A stretch of DNA of 63,493 nucleotides, counting the filler, from Octopus bimaculoides (Eukaryota), in assembly GCF_001194135.2 (NCBI RefSeq). It is 5 parts of 5 records of this genome, joined end to end, with 100 filler letters (N's around TTAATTAATTAA, not from the genome) between each part and the next. Parts side by side here need not be neighbours in the genome. Positions count along the whole stretch, not along the records: positions 14,548 to 30,340 come from NC_068990.1; positions 30,441 to 59,124 come from NC_068995.1; 3 more parts are not named here. The stretch is one strand, 5' to 3'. Shown here one piece after another: positions 23,183-35,500 of this stretch. The notes beneath the pieces were generated by a model, which saw only the letters and a program-made list of their open reading frames with translations, made no database searches and had not been told where the DNA came from. Positions within the stretch are counted from its first letter, which is position 1. The number at the start of each line of letters is the position of its first letter. A program made the translations under genes and the position numbers.

Positions 23183-26100
23183 TATGTTTTATTATCTCCT
23201 ATAAAGGGTGAACAAAGAGAGAACAGCACAAACAAACTTTGGGGTCGACAAATGTGGTATAACAGTTTATATGGGATACATGATTAATCGAATGATACAC
23301 AAAAACGATAATTACAAACACTGAAAACAAATGGGATAAAAATAAACAGGTATGCTCCGACTCCACGAGCCCTGTCTTTTCATCGACACCTTGTTTTTTT
23401 TCTTTTTGACGTGTTCACGCAGGGCTTTCACACCCAGCATCCGTGCAACATGCATCCATCATTTTTTTAAACACATTCTCAGACAGACACCTTCTTTCCA
23501 GCCTCACTTTTCTTTTCAAGTGAAACCTAAAGAAGTTCACTAAAGCGAGGCAAGATATGAAGTTGTCTGTCCTAATCCCTNNNNNNNNNNNNNNNNNNNN
23601 NNNNNNNNNNNNNNNNNNNNNNNNNNNNNNNNNNNNNNNNNNNNNNNNNNNNNNNNNNNNNNNNNNNNNNNNNNNNNNNNNNNNNNNNNNNNNNNNNNNN
23701 NNNNNNNNNNNNNNNNNNNNNNNNNNNNNNNNNNNNNNNNNNNNNNNNNNNNNNNNNNNNNNNNNNNNNNNNNNNNNNNNNNNNNNNNNNNNNNNNNNNN
23801 NNNNNNNNNNNNNNNNNNNNNNNNNNNNNNNNNNNNNNNNNNNNNNNNNNNNNNNNNNNNNNNNNNNNNNNNNNNNNNNNNNNNNNNNNNNNNNNNNNNN
23901 NNNNNNNNNNNNNNNNNNNNNNNNNNNNNNNNNNNNNNNNNNNNNNNNNNNNNNNNNNNNNNNNNNNNNNNNNNNNNNNNNNNNNNNNNNNNNNNNNNNN
24001 NNNNNNNNNNNNNNNNNNNNNNNNNNNNNNNNNNNNNNNNNNNNNNNNNNNNNNNNNNNNNNNNNNNNNNNNNNNNNNNNNNNNNNNNNNNNNNNNNNNN
24101 NNNNNNNNNNNNNNNNNNNNNNNNNNNNNNNNNNNNNNNNNNNNNNNNNNNNNNNNNNNNNNNNNNNNNNNNNNNNNNNNNNNNNNNNNNNNNNNNNNNN
24201 NNNNNNNNNNNNNNNNNNNNNNNNNNNNNNNNNNNNNNNNNNNNNNNNNNNNNNNNNNNNNNNNNNNNNNNNNNNNNNNNNNNNNNNNNNNNNNNNNNNN
24301 NNNNNNNNNNNNNNNNNNNNNNNNNNNNNNNNNNNNNNNNNNNNNNNNNNNNNNNNNNNNNNNNNNNNNNNNNNNNNNNNNNNNNNNNNNNNNNNNNNNN
24401 NNNNNNNNNNNNNNNNNNNNNNNNNNNNNNNNNNNNNNNNNNNNNNNNNNNNNNNNNNNNNNNNNNNNNNNNNNNNNNNNNNNNNNNNNNNNNNNNNNNN
24501 NNNNNNNNNNNNNNNNNNNNNNNNNNNNNNNNNNATTAGCCCCTTCCGCCCTCCCTTCCAAGGACAGCCACCGCCAAGACCAGGTCTTGACTATGTGGCT
24601 CACCTTGCCCGATACCTCAGACCAGTTATTTTCTATTTGGAGATCCGGACCAATCCAGATCTTTAGCAATTAAACGGGGCCCTCCGTCCAGCCCTCTACG
24701 ACGCTATTCGAAGGCATCGACTTGCCCCTCCAGGTGCCGAGTTGCAAACCGACTGATTTTTCCCGGTTGATCTTTGCTCCTGCCACCGTCTCGTAAACCT
24801 TAATGGTTTCACCTACTTGATGCAGGTGTTCCATCTTGGTCACGGTGATAGTGATATCATCTGCGTATGTTGTAACAGATCCTCCACCTCATGGATTCGT
24901 CGAGGTGTCACTCAGCTTTCTCAGCAATGACTCGAGGGCTATTACGTATAAAACGGAGAGAGTGGATACCCTTGGCAAACCGACCGTTTGATACGGAGCG
25001 GCTTTGAAAGAAAACCGTTCACACGAATGATCGAGTCGATGTTGTCATATAACTGTATGATCTACCTGAGGAACCCAAGACCCAGTCCAAACTGCGCGAG
25101 AACAGTCACCAGGTAACGATGATCCATCCTATCGAAAGCTTTAGCTTGGTCCAAATTAACCAGTGCTCCACCTTTGCAAGTTTTCCTACCATACCCCTCT
25201 ACGGTGTAGCGTACAAGATGAAGATTGTCCTGGATGGTTCTACCGAGGATCGCACAAGTTTGTGCTCCTCCGATCAGACCACCCGCGACCTGCGTCAATC
25301 TTTCAGCTAACACCTTGGCCAAAATCTTCACCTCTGTGTTAAGCAGGGTGATGGACCTAAAGTTATCTACATTATCCCCTTTGCTCGGGTCCTTCCTGAC
25401 CAGCGTCACCACTCCCCGGCGCACAGATCTTGGAATCCACCCATTCTGTTGCCAGTTCGCGTAAACGCCAGCCAGTACGTGACCGAACAAGCCTGGAATA
25501 CTTTTATATAGCTCGTAGGGAAGACCATCGAGTCTCGGCGCCCTACCACCGCCGCAGTCCGACATAGCCTCAATAATCTCTTCAGGTGAGATTGACTCTT
25601 CACAGCTCTCCGCATCCTGCTTCGAGAGACGCGGCAGCCAGGCGAGGAAGTCCGTAAGACCCTCCCTAGCAACCGGTCCTTCACTCCCCCCCCCGAAAAG
25701 CTGGGCGAAGTGCTCCTGAGACGTCTGACACATCTCATCGGGTTCCAAAACTCGTGTCCATCCAGCGGCCCTGATACCCTCGCTCCCCATTGCACGAAGT
25801 CTAGCTTTGACGATACAACCCATGTGCTTGGCTTCGAGGTGCTGGTTTAGTTCCAGTCTCTTCACCTTCACCTGAGATGCGTCGCCAGCCCTCATGGCTT
25901 CTTCTAATGCCTTAACTAAGTCAATCTCCTTCCTATGCCTTCTAGCCCTTAAACCTGCGCTATATCTAATAGACTCAAATGTGATGGCTATTTTGAGAGT
26001 GTACCATCATTTGTTGTTAATAATGGTACCGGTTACTGCCCTCTGTATTATTAACCTAATCCTACTCCTGTACTCCACAATAGCCAAAAGGGACTTTTTG

Positions 26101-27581
26101 AGTTTCCAGTAGCCAGACCCCTTGCTACGTAATGTATCTAGGTACAGTTTACATGTGATCACTGTAACTGACCAGGTGAAATTGTGGACATGTAACTAAT
26201 TCTTTATCTATTTCTCTAATAAGGATTCTATCTATGTAAGACTTAAAAGACCTGCCGCCATTTGCCCACGTCCACTGTGGAGCGTTCGGGAATTCCAGTC
26301 TGTAGGGACCTACTAGCTGAAAGCGACTTAGTAGATCCCGGAAACCACAGTTCAGTCTCCTAGAATTAGAGCCAACACTATTCACTCGCGCATCGAGAAT
26401 AGTGTTAAAGCCTCCTAACACAACTAGGGAACGTGACGTGCCCAGAAACTTCTCCAAATCTCGAAAATAATCAGTCGAACTCCAATTGGGTACATGTACT
26501 GCCACCAACCTGATTTCTTTACCACAACTGAACGTCAGATCCAAGACGACCAGCCTACCTCCTGGATCCACAAAAACCAACTTTTTCTCCGAAACTCTGT
26601 TTCTTTTAATGAGGACCAACACCCCTTTTCACAATTTTGTTTTATGTGGCCTTTTTTGCCTCACTGGAAACATCTCGGCTGGCGACCCTTATGCACTGGC
26701 CAAGCAAGTTGCGAGCTTCCAACACCTCTGCATCTAGGATTGAGATCTTATCTTCCAGCCCGTCTGTCACTGCTGCCACCAACCGCTCCGGATCTACCCC
26801 TGGAGGAACACCTTTTATATTAATTTTTGATGTCCTTCTACCCATATAAATGGGTAGAAGAACTACTTCGTCCGTCTTTAAGGGGTTCACGGAGTGGAGT
26901 TGGGCTAATTCCTCCGTCTCCATCCTCATCTCTATTGTGGAAATTTTCTTTCCTCTTACTATATAATGTATGTTTTGCCATATTGGTTTCAAACATTTTT
27001 CTGCTTCTCTTTCAACCACGAAATCTATTTTCTTTTGTTTTACGTTCCATGTTTTAAAAAGGATTGTTTTTTTTTTTTGGTGTTTTCCACAATCTCCTTT
27101 GGAGTAATTACTTTTGCTTCGTTTCCTTCTCGTATCAGCAATTCTTTATTCTTTTCAAGGTTTTCCAGGTTTATTTTCTTAGTTTTTATTCCGGCAACAG
27201 CAGCGAAATTCATAGGTGTTTTTTCCTTTCCTGTTTCGTTAGTTGACAAACTTGGTACATCTATGATTCGTCTTATATTACTTCTTATATTACATCTTGT
27301 TACTAGCGTTTCGTCCTCTGACTCCTCCAATCTGGTCTCCACGTTCCTTTCCATCTCTTCCTCCGCAATACTGGCTTCACAGCCCTCCATTTTCTTGGTC
27401 TTCCCCACACGGGGAGAAACCACAAACGACTTCACAAAACAGTGACAGTCAACAATATAACACGAATAAATAACAATTTTTTAACAAACTTTTAACGAAA
27501 CTCTCTCCTCAACGGCAACACAACCCAACAACACAGCAGCAATCGCAAAGCAACAAGCAGACGATAATTCTGTAAAGACTG
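23183..27581 (-). mobile_element. L1/Tx1 element B, near full length, decayed, gapped
   Basis: 5' UTR; ORF1 (27435-26640) with RQPRCFQ*GKKGHIKQNC knuckle; APE endonuclease (DPGGRLVV...LGGFNTILD...WTW...SYIDRIL...SDH); RT (GLPYELY...FRSITLLNTEVKILAKVLAERL...DQAKAFDRMDH); thumb; C-terminus FFRFHLKRKVRLERR; 3' UTR with AATAAA. Confidence 0.88.
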
Positions 27582-28682
27582 TATGTTTTATTATCTCCCA
27601 TAAAGGGTGAACAAAGAGGGGACAAAACAAAACATGTGGAACATAAAACATATATAAAAAAAGCAGAAATGAATGTTATAATGTATGAAGACATGTTTAT
27701 GAAAAATGGAAATGGAACCACTCGCCCCACTTACGAGTGGCCTCATTTTCTACTTTTTTTAAATCCTGAACCTTCTAATACATAAATACCTGTTTCCTCT
27801 AACCACCTATCGTACGTAGTAAACTCTGGGAATGAGCTCCTAAATCCACCTCCTAAAAATAAAATCCAGCCATAGACTCTTGTATTTTTTCTTCCTGCTT
27901 CTTATCTGGTATTACACACAAGTGATGTTCCTCCACGTTATTATATCTCGCAGTTCCAATACACTTTATGTCCCATTCCGCCGAATCCCTTAATAGTTCG
28001 TCGCTAAATCCTACACTTTTTCCTTCTCTTTTTTGACTTGGGGGAGGGGTTTTGGGTTTCTTTGTATGTGTTTGCCTCTTGTTTTTGTGTTGGATGGGAA
28101 TGAATAGGCCTAGTGTCTGCAGGGAGTGGGTGGGTCTGAGAGAGTGTGTGTGGGATGGGGGTTTACAGTTTAGTTCACTTGCCTTTTTTCGTTTTCTTCC
28201 TTTCACATTTTCCCATTTATTTTTTTCTATTTCCGCTACTTCCTTTTCTTTTTCGATTACTTCCTTTCTGCGACTCTCTTCTATCTTCCGTATTTTCTGG
28301 TCGCTTTTCTTCTGGTTTTCTTGGCTCCGATGTACATTCTGCTCTTATGTCTCGCTTCAGGCCACATTTAAAGCAGCGTGGAACTCTTCCTTCCAACCTG
28401 ACAGTCATAATTGTTTCTTCCATTATTATTGTTTCCGTAATCTTTTCCATCGTTTCTTTTGAACCCTGGACTATCATCTCCAGTGATTGACCTCTCCAGT
28501 CGACGCACTCTTTTATCTTGACCTGCAGCACCACTATGTTGTCCTCATTACCAAAGACGACCGCATCTTCCACCCAGGTCACATCAATCTCCAGTGGGAT
28601 TCCTTCAACCGTGACCCTTGTTGCTCTCATGCCTCTATAAGAACTATCCCAATTACCTCTGTAGTTGGATCCAAACCCCAAT
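27582..28682 (-). mobile_element. L1/Tx1-related element A: ORF1 with Cys knuckle followed directly by 3' UTR
   Basis: RATRVTVEGIP...EGRVPRCFKCGLKRDIRAEC; no endonuclease or RT motif before the 3' block shared with element B. Confidence 0.7.
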
Positions 28683-28683
28683 T

Positions 28684-30340
28684 ACAGAGAGGAACTTGAT
28701 AAAATAATTTTGGAAATGGAGGAAAAGAATTTCATAAATGACACGGAATCTAAGCTATTACGTTCAGACAGAAGAACACCTGTATTTTACGGTCTTTGAA
28801 AAATGCATAAAAATTTCGAATAATTTCCTCCATTGCGCCCAGTGTGCAGTAGGTATGAAAGTTGCACTGCTAAAATTTCGGAATGGCTGGATGGCTTTCT
28901 GCTCCCAGTAGTTAAAAGATCACGTTCCTACATTAGGGATACTTTTGATTTGAACAAATTTTCTAAACACCGAAGTAGTGTTAAAGACTATTTTTTTTTG
29001 TAACCACGGATGTTTCTTCCTTATACCCCAACATCGATCACGATGAGTGTGTGGAAAGATGCATGAAAGCATTTGAAAAACAGTCAAAGAAAAGTATTCC
29101 CTCAAAGTTTCTCTATAAATTATTAAAAATTGTATTACAAATTAACTCAATGAAGTTCGGAGAAACATTTTTTCCATTAGACGAAATGATGTGCCATGAG
29201 TATCCCTATGGCAATTAATTTCGCAAATGTCTTCATGACAAAATTTGAAGCGCAATTAATGGAACTTATACTCTGGTTACGGTTCATTGACGACGTCTTT
29301 TTTGTCTTGGAGGGAACATAGGATAGTTTAGTCAAATTTTTACATTTCTGTGACTGCTTCGCAAAAGACTATAGCTTTAAATCCAAAATGAAATTCACGT
29401 CGAGCTTTCTAAAAAAATAACGTCGAATTTTTGGACACAAAAGTCAAGTTTTCGGTAGGCCGAATAGTCACAGAATTACTTTACAAACCCACGTCATCCC
29501 ATCTGATCAAATCCGAAGTCCTAGTTTTTTTAGGATAAGACGTATTTGCACAGACATTGGGGATTATCGGAAACATGCAAATACTTTTGTACGCCATTAT
29601 GTAAAGCACGGTTATAGTGAATCAAGATTAAAGGAAATCGCGAATGACATAGCAGAAATTAGTAGTGAAAATCAAATTTTCACCTCTAATTTTAACTGTC
29701 AGAAAAGAGCTTATGACCGAATTCCTTTAGTGATTAACTGTCACCGAAGTTTCGCTGGCATTTCAAAAGTGTTGCATGACAGTTACCAACATATTTTAGA
29801 AAATGTCCTCATTTCCGACAAATATTTCCTCTTTCGTCTACTGTAGCCTTTAGACGTAATAGAAACATTAGAGAAATATTGACCAGTTCCTCTAATAAAA
29901 ACTCCATTGAAGTTTCGGAACGCTTGCACCTCCAAAACACCCATATGAGAGGTAAGCCCTGTTCGTTGTGCCATGAGTCAGACCAATTCCATCAACAATT
30001 ATAACAGAAATGTTGTGATTTACCCAGAAGGAGGGACCTGTAATGATTCCCATTTGGTGTATGCAGTGGAATGCACCAAATACAAAATGATTTATGTTGG
30101 TTGCACAACAGAACGATTGCAAAAAAAAGATTTAACGGACAAAGATACGACGTCAGGCACAATAACAGTGATTCCACGAAACTTGCGGAACCTTTCACAT
30201 CAAACGGGTGTAAATTTGAGGAGGACCTGAAGGTGCATATTCTCAAACAATACTCTCACTCCACGGCACTTTCAGTCATGAAAATCCATGAGGATAGAGC
30301 TGTTGACATCTCAGCATTAAGAAAATGGCAGGTGGATTCC
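28684..30340 (+). mobile_element. Decayed Penelope-like element (RT plus GIY-YIG)
   Basis: TPVFYGL*KMHK...PPLRPV...SYIRDT...DVSSLYPNIDH...RFIDDVFF; CNDSHLVYAVECTKYKMIYVGCT. Confidence 0.88.
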
Positions 30341-30440
30341 NNNNNNNNNNNNNNNNNNNNNNNNNNNNNNNNNNNNNNNNNNNNTTAATTAATTAANNNN
30401 NNNNNNNNNNNNNNNNNNNNNNNNNNNNNNNNNNNNNNNN

Positions 30441-30482
<42 letters not shown>

Positions 30483-30496
30483 CACACAGATGTATA

Positions 30497-30735
30497 CAAT
30501 ATTTGAAATGATAGTCATTTATATTTTAAATAACTATTATGGCAACTTAGAGTTATGTAAATAAATCTCTTTAAATATTCTATTATATACTGTATTACAT
30601 TCCTCTGTGGAATAACAATATGAAATGATATCATACGTAAAAAATGTAAACATTTTTTCCATAATTCTCATTTTCGTATTGACTTTCTAAGTTGAAAGTT
30701 TATTGTTTGCATTCATGCATCTATGTGTGTGTGCA

Positions 30736-30815
<80 letters not shown>

Positions 30816-31152
30816 CGTGCGTGTCTGTCTGTGTCTGTGTGTGTATAAATGCTTGTACACACATATACTGGAAGATACATCGAAATATTTCAAGACTCAA
30901 ATAATCGACCGTAACTTAGAAACCCAATGTGAAAATGATGAGAATTATGAGAATAACTCTTTTTGTTTTTTCACTTATTAAATCAGTTCATATTGTAAAA
31001 GTCCATAAAGTAATATAATAGAATATATAATAGAATATATAGTAGATTAACATATGATATAATATAATATATAAAAGAACTTATTTACATAACTCTTGTA
31101 CATAAGTTTTCCATAATAGTTATTTAAAATATAAATATCATTTCAAATATTG
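30497..31152. mobile_element. AT-rich foldback/MITE with an internal (GT)n
   Basis: caatatttgaaatgat...ttttaaataactattatgg...gagttatgtaaataa recurs inverted at ~31080-31152; inner arms cataattctca...tttctaagtt / aacttagaaa...tgagaattatg. Confidence 0.75.
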
Positions 31153-31312
31153 CATGTATTTGTGTGTGAGTGTTTGTTTTCTGTGTATGTATGCATGTAT
31201 GTAAATATTTATACATATCTATAAATATTGTATAGTAATATAGACGCATATATATATATATATATATAAATACGTATAATTAAATGTATTCACATATTTA
31301 TGTTTATACTTA

Positions 31313-31348
<36 letters not shown>

Positions 31349-31511
31349 CCTTTTAGTTTTAACAAGGCAACCAATGATTTCATGTGAAGAGATCTTCACA
31401 ATTGTTGAAGGTTGGCCACGTGTAAGTGTTAACACTCGTCTCTATTTTCGATGAGCATACACAAGTATGTAGATATATACATATATACATGTACACGCGC
31501 GCGCACCCCAC

Positions 31512-31666
31512 CGAGCTTCTTTCAGTTTCCGTTTACCAAATCCACTCACAAGGTTTTGGTCGACCCGAGACTATGGTAGAAGACATTTGCCCAAGATGTC
31601 ACACAGTAGGCCTGAACCCAGAACCGTGTGGTTGGGAAGAAAGCTTTTTGCCACACAGCCACGCCT
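31512..31666 (-). mobile_element. SINE family 2 copy
   Basis: Homologous to 4660-4816; abuts (TATG)n. Confidence 0.8.
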
Positions 31667-31966
31667 GTTTGTATGTATGTATGTATGTATGTATGCATGT
31701 ATGTATGTATGTATGTATGTATGTATGTATGTATGTATGTATATACATTCATCGCTGCCTGTACACTAATGTGTCATATGGTGGTGTTATAGGTGTATGA
31801 TGTTTGCCGACATAAGTCCTTGCAATATTCAACATAATATAAACTGCAAATGCATTGTACAATTGTACATTCATGTCACTGTACTTGAAATAGTTTAATT
31901 GCTCTATATGTCAGACTATCAATCAATCTATCTAGCTATCTATCTATATTTCTTTCTAAAGATAGG

Positions 31967-31967
<1 letters not shown>

Positions 31968-32029
<62 letters not shown>
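31968..32029. repeat. (GATA)n microsatellite
   Basis: Directly visible. Confidence 0.95.
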
Positions 32030-32030
<1 letters not shown>

Positions 32031-32263
32031 GCGGGGAGAGAGATGTATACATATTTCGGTAGCATATTCAAATATGACTAATATATTCTTTAAACGAGCG
32101 ATTTGACCTCAAGAAAACAATGTTACTGTTGCCATTCAACAATTTTTCAAAGAGTTTACAAAATCCTTATTGACAACATCTAAGAAAATTCATTACAATA
32201 CAAGCTGTACCTAAACATGGATATGAATGTGGATTCACATATGCGCGCATGCACACAAATGTA

Positions 32264-32304
<41 letters not shown>

Positions 32305-32416
32305 ATGAATGTGCAAATAGATGAATGGATGGATGGATAGATGAATGCGTAGTATATATGCATATGTTTATATCTTTGTGTGTGTTTGTCTGTCTGTCTG
32401 TCTGTGTACACACACA

Positions 32417-32448
<32 letters not shown>

Positions 32449-34194
32449 NNNNNNNNNNNNNNNNNNNNNNNNNNNNNNNNNNNNNNNNNNNNNNNNNNNN
32501 NNNNNNNNNNNNNNNNNNNNNNNNNNNNNNNNNNNNNNNNNNNNNNNNNNNNNNNNNNNNNNNNNNNNNNNNNNNNNNNNNNNNNNNNNNNNNNNNNNNN
32601 NNNNNNNNNNNNNNNNNNNNNNNNNNNNNNNNNNNNNNNNNNNNNNNNNNNNNNNNNNNNNNNNNNNNNNNNNNNNNNNNNNNNNNNNNNNNNNNNNNNN
32701 NNNNNNNNNNNNNNNNNNNNNNNNNNNNNNNNNNNNNNNNNNNNNNNNNNNNNNNNNNNNNNNNNNNNNNNNNNNNNNNNNNNNNNNNNNNNNNNNNNNN
32801 NNNNNNNNNNNNNNNNNNNNNNNNNNNNNNNNNNNNNNNNNNNNNNNNNNNNNNNNNNNNNNNNNNNNNNNNNNNNNNNNNNNNNNNNNNNNNNNNNNNN
32901 NNNNNNNNNNNNNNNNNNNNNNNNNNNNNNNNNNNNNNNNNNNNNNNNNNNNNNNNNNNNNNNNNNNNNNNNNNNNNNNNNNNNNNNNNNNNNNNNNNNN
33001 NNNNNNNNNNNNNNNNNNNNNNNNNNNNNNNNNNNNNNNNNNNNNNNNNNNNNNNNNNNNNNNNNNNNNNNNNNNNNNNNNNNNNNNNNNNNNNNNNNNN
33101 NNNNNNNNNNNNNNNNNNNNNNNNNNNNNNNNNNNNNNNNNNNNNNNNNNNNNNNNNNNNNNNNNNNNNNNNNNNNNNNNNNNNNNNNNNNNNNNNNNNN
33201 NNNNNNNNNNNNNNNNTCCACACTAGCGCCCACACTAGCACTGACCACATCCCAGCAATTAAACCATCATCCACACACCTACACATGCACACACGCGCAC
33301 GTCAATGTAACCAGCCCCTTTCCACACGCACATACACGCTCTTACATACAAACGCACGCGCACCTTCGTTTTGGGATCACCACTACATTATTATCTCCCC
33401 TTCTTCTTTGCTCTCCTGTGCGACCCTTTGTCCGGCATTCGCCATGATAGATCGCTAGCGACTAAAACTTTTTCTATTTTCTCTCCCTGTTTATTTCTGT
33501 GTTCTCTTCTGTCGAAAAGCGTAGGCTCGAAACGTAAAAGACTTTCTCNNNNNNNNNNNNNNNNNNNNNNNNNNNNNNNNNNNNNNNNNNNNNNNNNNNN
33601 NNNNNNNNNNNNNNNNNNNNNNNNNNNNNNNNNNNNNNNNNNNNNNNNNNNNNNNNNNNNNNNNNNNNNNNNNNNNNNNNNNNNNNNNNNNNNNNNNNNN
33701 NNNNNNNNNNNNNNNNNNNNNNNNNNNNNNNNNNNNNNNNNNNNNNNNNNNNNNNNNNNNNNNNNNNNNNNNNNNNNNNNNNNNNNNNNNNNNNNNNNNN
33801 NNNNNNNNNNNNNNNNNNNNNNNNNNNNNNNNNNNNNNNNNNNNNNNNNNNNNNNNNNNNNNNNNNNNNNNNNNNNNNNNNNNNNNNNNNNNNNNNNNNN
33901 NNNNNNNNNNNNNNNNNNNNNNNNNNNNNNNNNNNNNNNNNNNNNNNNNNNNNNNNNNNNNNNNNNNNNNNNNNNNNNNNNATATATATATATATTTATT
34001 TATGTATGTATGTGTGTGTATGTATATGTATGTATGTATATATGTATGTATGTATGTATGTATGTGTGTGTGTGTGTATGTATGTAGCAAATGGTGTATT
34101 CCTGCTCCTACACTGTTTGCTATATATTTCGCAATAATCTTTCAAATAGCTTTTAAAGATTGCTCCCATGCTGAGAAACCACTTTGAAGAATTT

Positions 34195-34320
34195 AGTTAG
34201 ATAAATTGACCTCACTACTTCATTCTTAAACCTGGTGCATATTCTGTTGTCAGTACCTTTTATCGAACCGCTAGGTTACAGGAACATAAAGAAACGAACA
34301 CCGTTTGTCAAGTGGTAGTG
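34195..34320 (-). mobile_element. Degenerate SINE family 4 fragment
   Basis: Inverted similarity to 62476-62560 (cgaaccgctaggttac...acacc). Confidence 0.5.
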
Positions 34321-34409
34321 AATGACAAACATAGCACAAACACAAACACACGCAATTTTATATACAAAAAAAAAAAAATAATAATAATATTAATTTCTTT
34401 GATCTTTTT

Positions 34410-35280
34410 AGGCCATAAACTCCACAAAGCTCCCAATGGATTACTCTTTCCACATTGTCATGACACCTTTTGTAGTTACGCTGTCAATTTCTGGTATTTA
34501 CTAACAGTATGCCACACTGTTTCACCCCTCTCATCACACATTCAACATTTGTCACTCTGAATTGTTTTATCAATTCTGCACATCACATAGTTTGTTCTCA
34601 ATGTGTGTTCATGTGCCGCGCATATTAAGTGCATCTGTGTCTACCTTCGAGTCACTTTCCGCATTCATAACCGTCGGTCTTCTGTATCTTTCTTGTCGCT
34701 CGTACTCTTGGAAACTGTACATTTTTTTTTCGTTTCCAGGACATTAATTTTTCCGTGATTTTTACCTCTTTAAATTTATCTTTTTAAACACAATTATCAG
34801 TGTTCATAATGCCAGATTTCTTCACTTGCATCAACTATGCTTCCACGGCATTTTTTACATAACACCCTAACTATCTTTCTCTGATTCAATGCAATCCTGA
34901 CAATTGATCAAACCTCTCCCACCCTTTCTTCTGGATAAGTACAACCGATCAGTGACACACTTTCAATGTCAGTAATAGCCATGTCTTCGTATCCATGCTC
35001 ATCTGTTCATTCTTTTGCCTGGTTATGATTCCAGCCCCATACCTATGTGATGCTAACGCCCATGTATTTACTGCTTGGAATCTATTCCATTCAGTCACTT
35101 TTGAGCGCACCATCAATCGTAGTCTTCTTCAGATGTTCTTTCATTTCCCTCTCCATGATTTCATTGAACTCTAGTATGCCAAGATAGTAATAAACTTCTT
35201 TTTCAATTTCTTTCGTTACTTTCCTATTTGGTAATTCTATCCCTTCCAGGAACTGTGCCTTGTCCCTTTTCAAGATCTCT
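34410..35280 (-). mobile_element. Decayed R4/Dong LINE (RT end, thumb, zinc finger)
   Basis: EGIELPN...YYYLGILE; DRLYLSRRKGGRGL; RTNYVMCRIDKTIQSDKC*MCDERGETVWH; HDNVERVIHWELC. Confidence 0.8.
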
Positions 35281-35290
35281 CTCTACACCA

Positions 35291-35500
35291 CTGGCAGAAT
35301 CGTTAGCACGCCGGGCGAAATGCGTGGCGGTATTTTCGTCTGTCTACACGTTCTGAGTTTAAATTCTGCCGAGTTCGACTTTGCCCTTCATCCTTTCGTG
35401 GTCGATAAATCAAGTACCAGTGAAACACTGGGATCAATGTCATCGATTTAACCCCTCCCCAAAAATTTCAGGCCTTGTGCCTATAGTAGAAAGGATTATT
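35291..35500 (+). mobile_element. SINE family 1 copy
   Basis: Homologous to 212-432. Confidence 0.85.

Noticed and set aside
23166-23219. Junction block as a host snRNA target (U2 or U7, as for Keno-type Tx1)
   Set aside because: No resemblance to the snRNA sequences I know; it contains AATAAA and fits element tail plus head better. An Rfam search would settle it.
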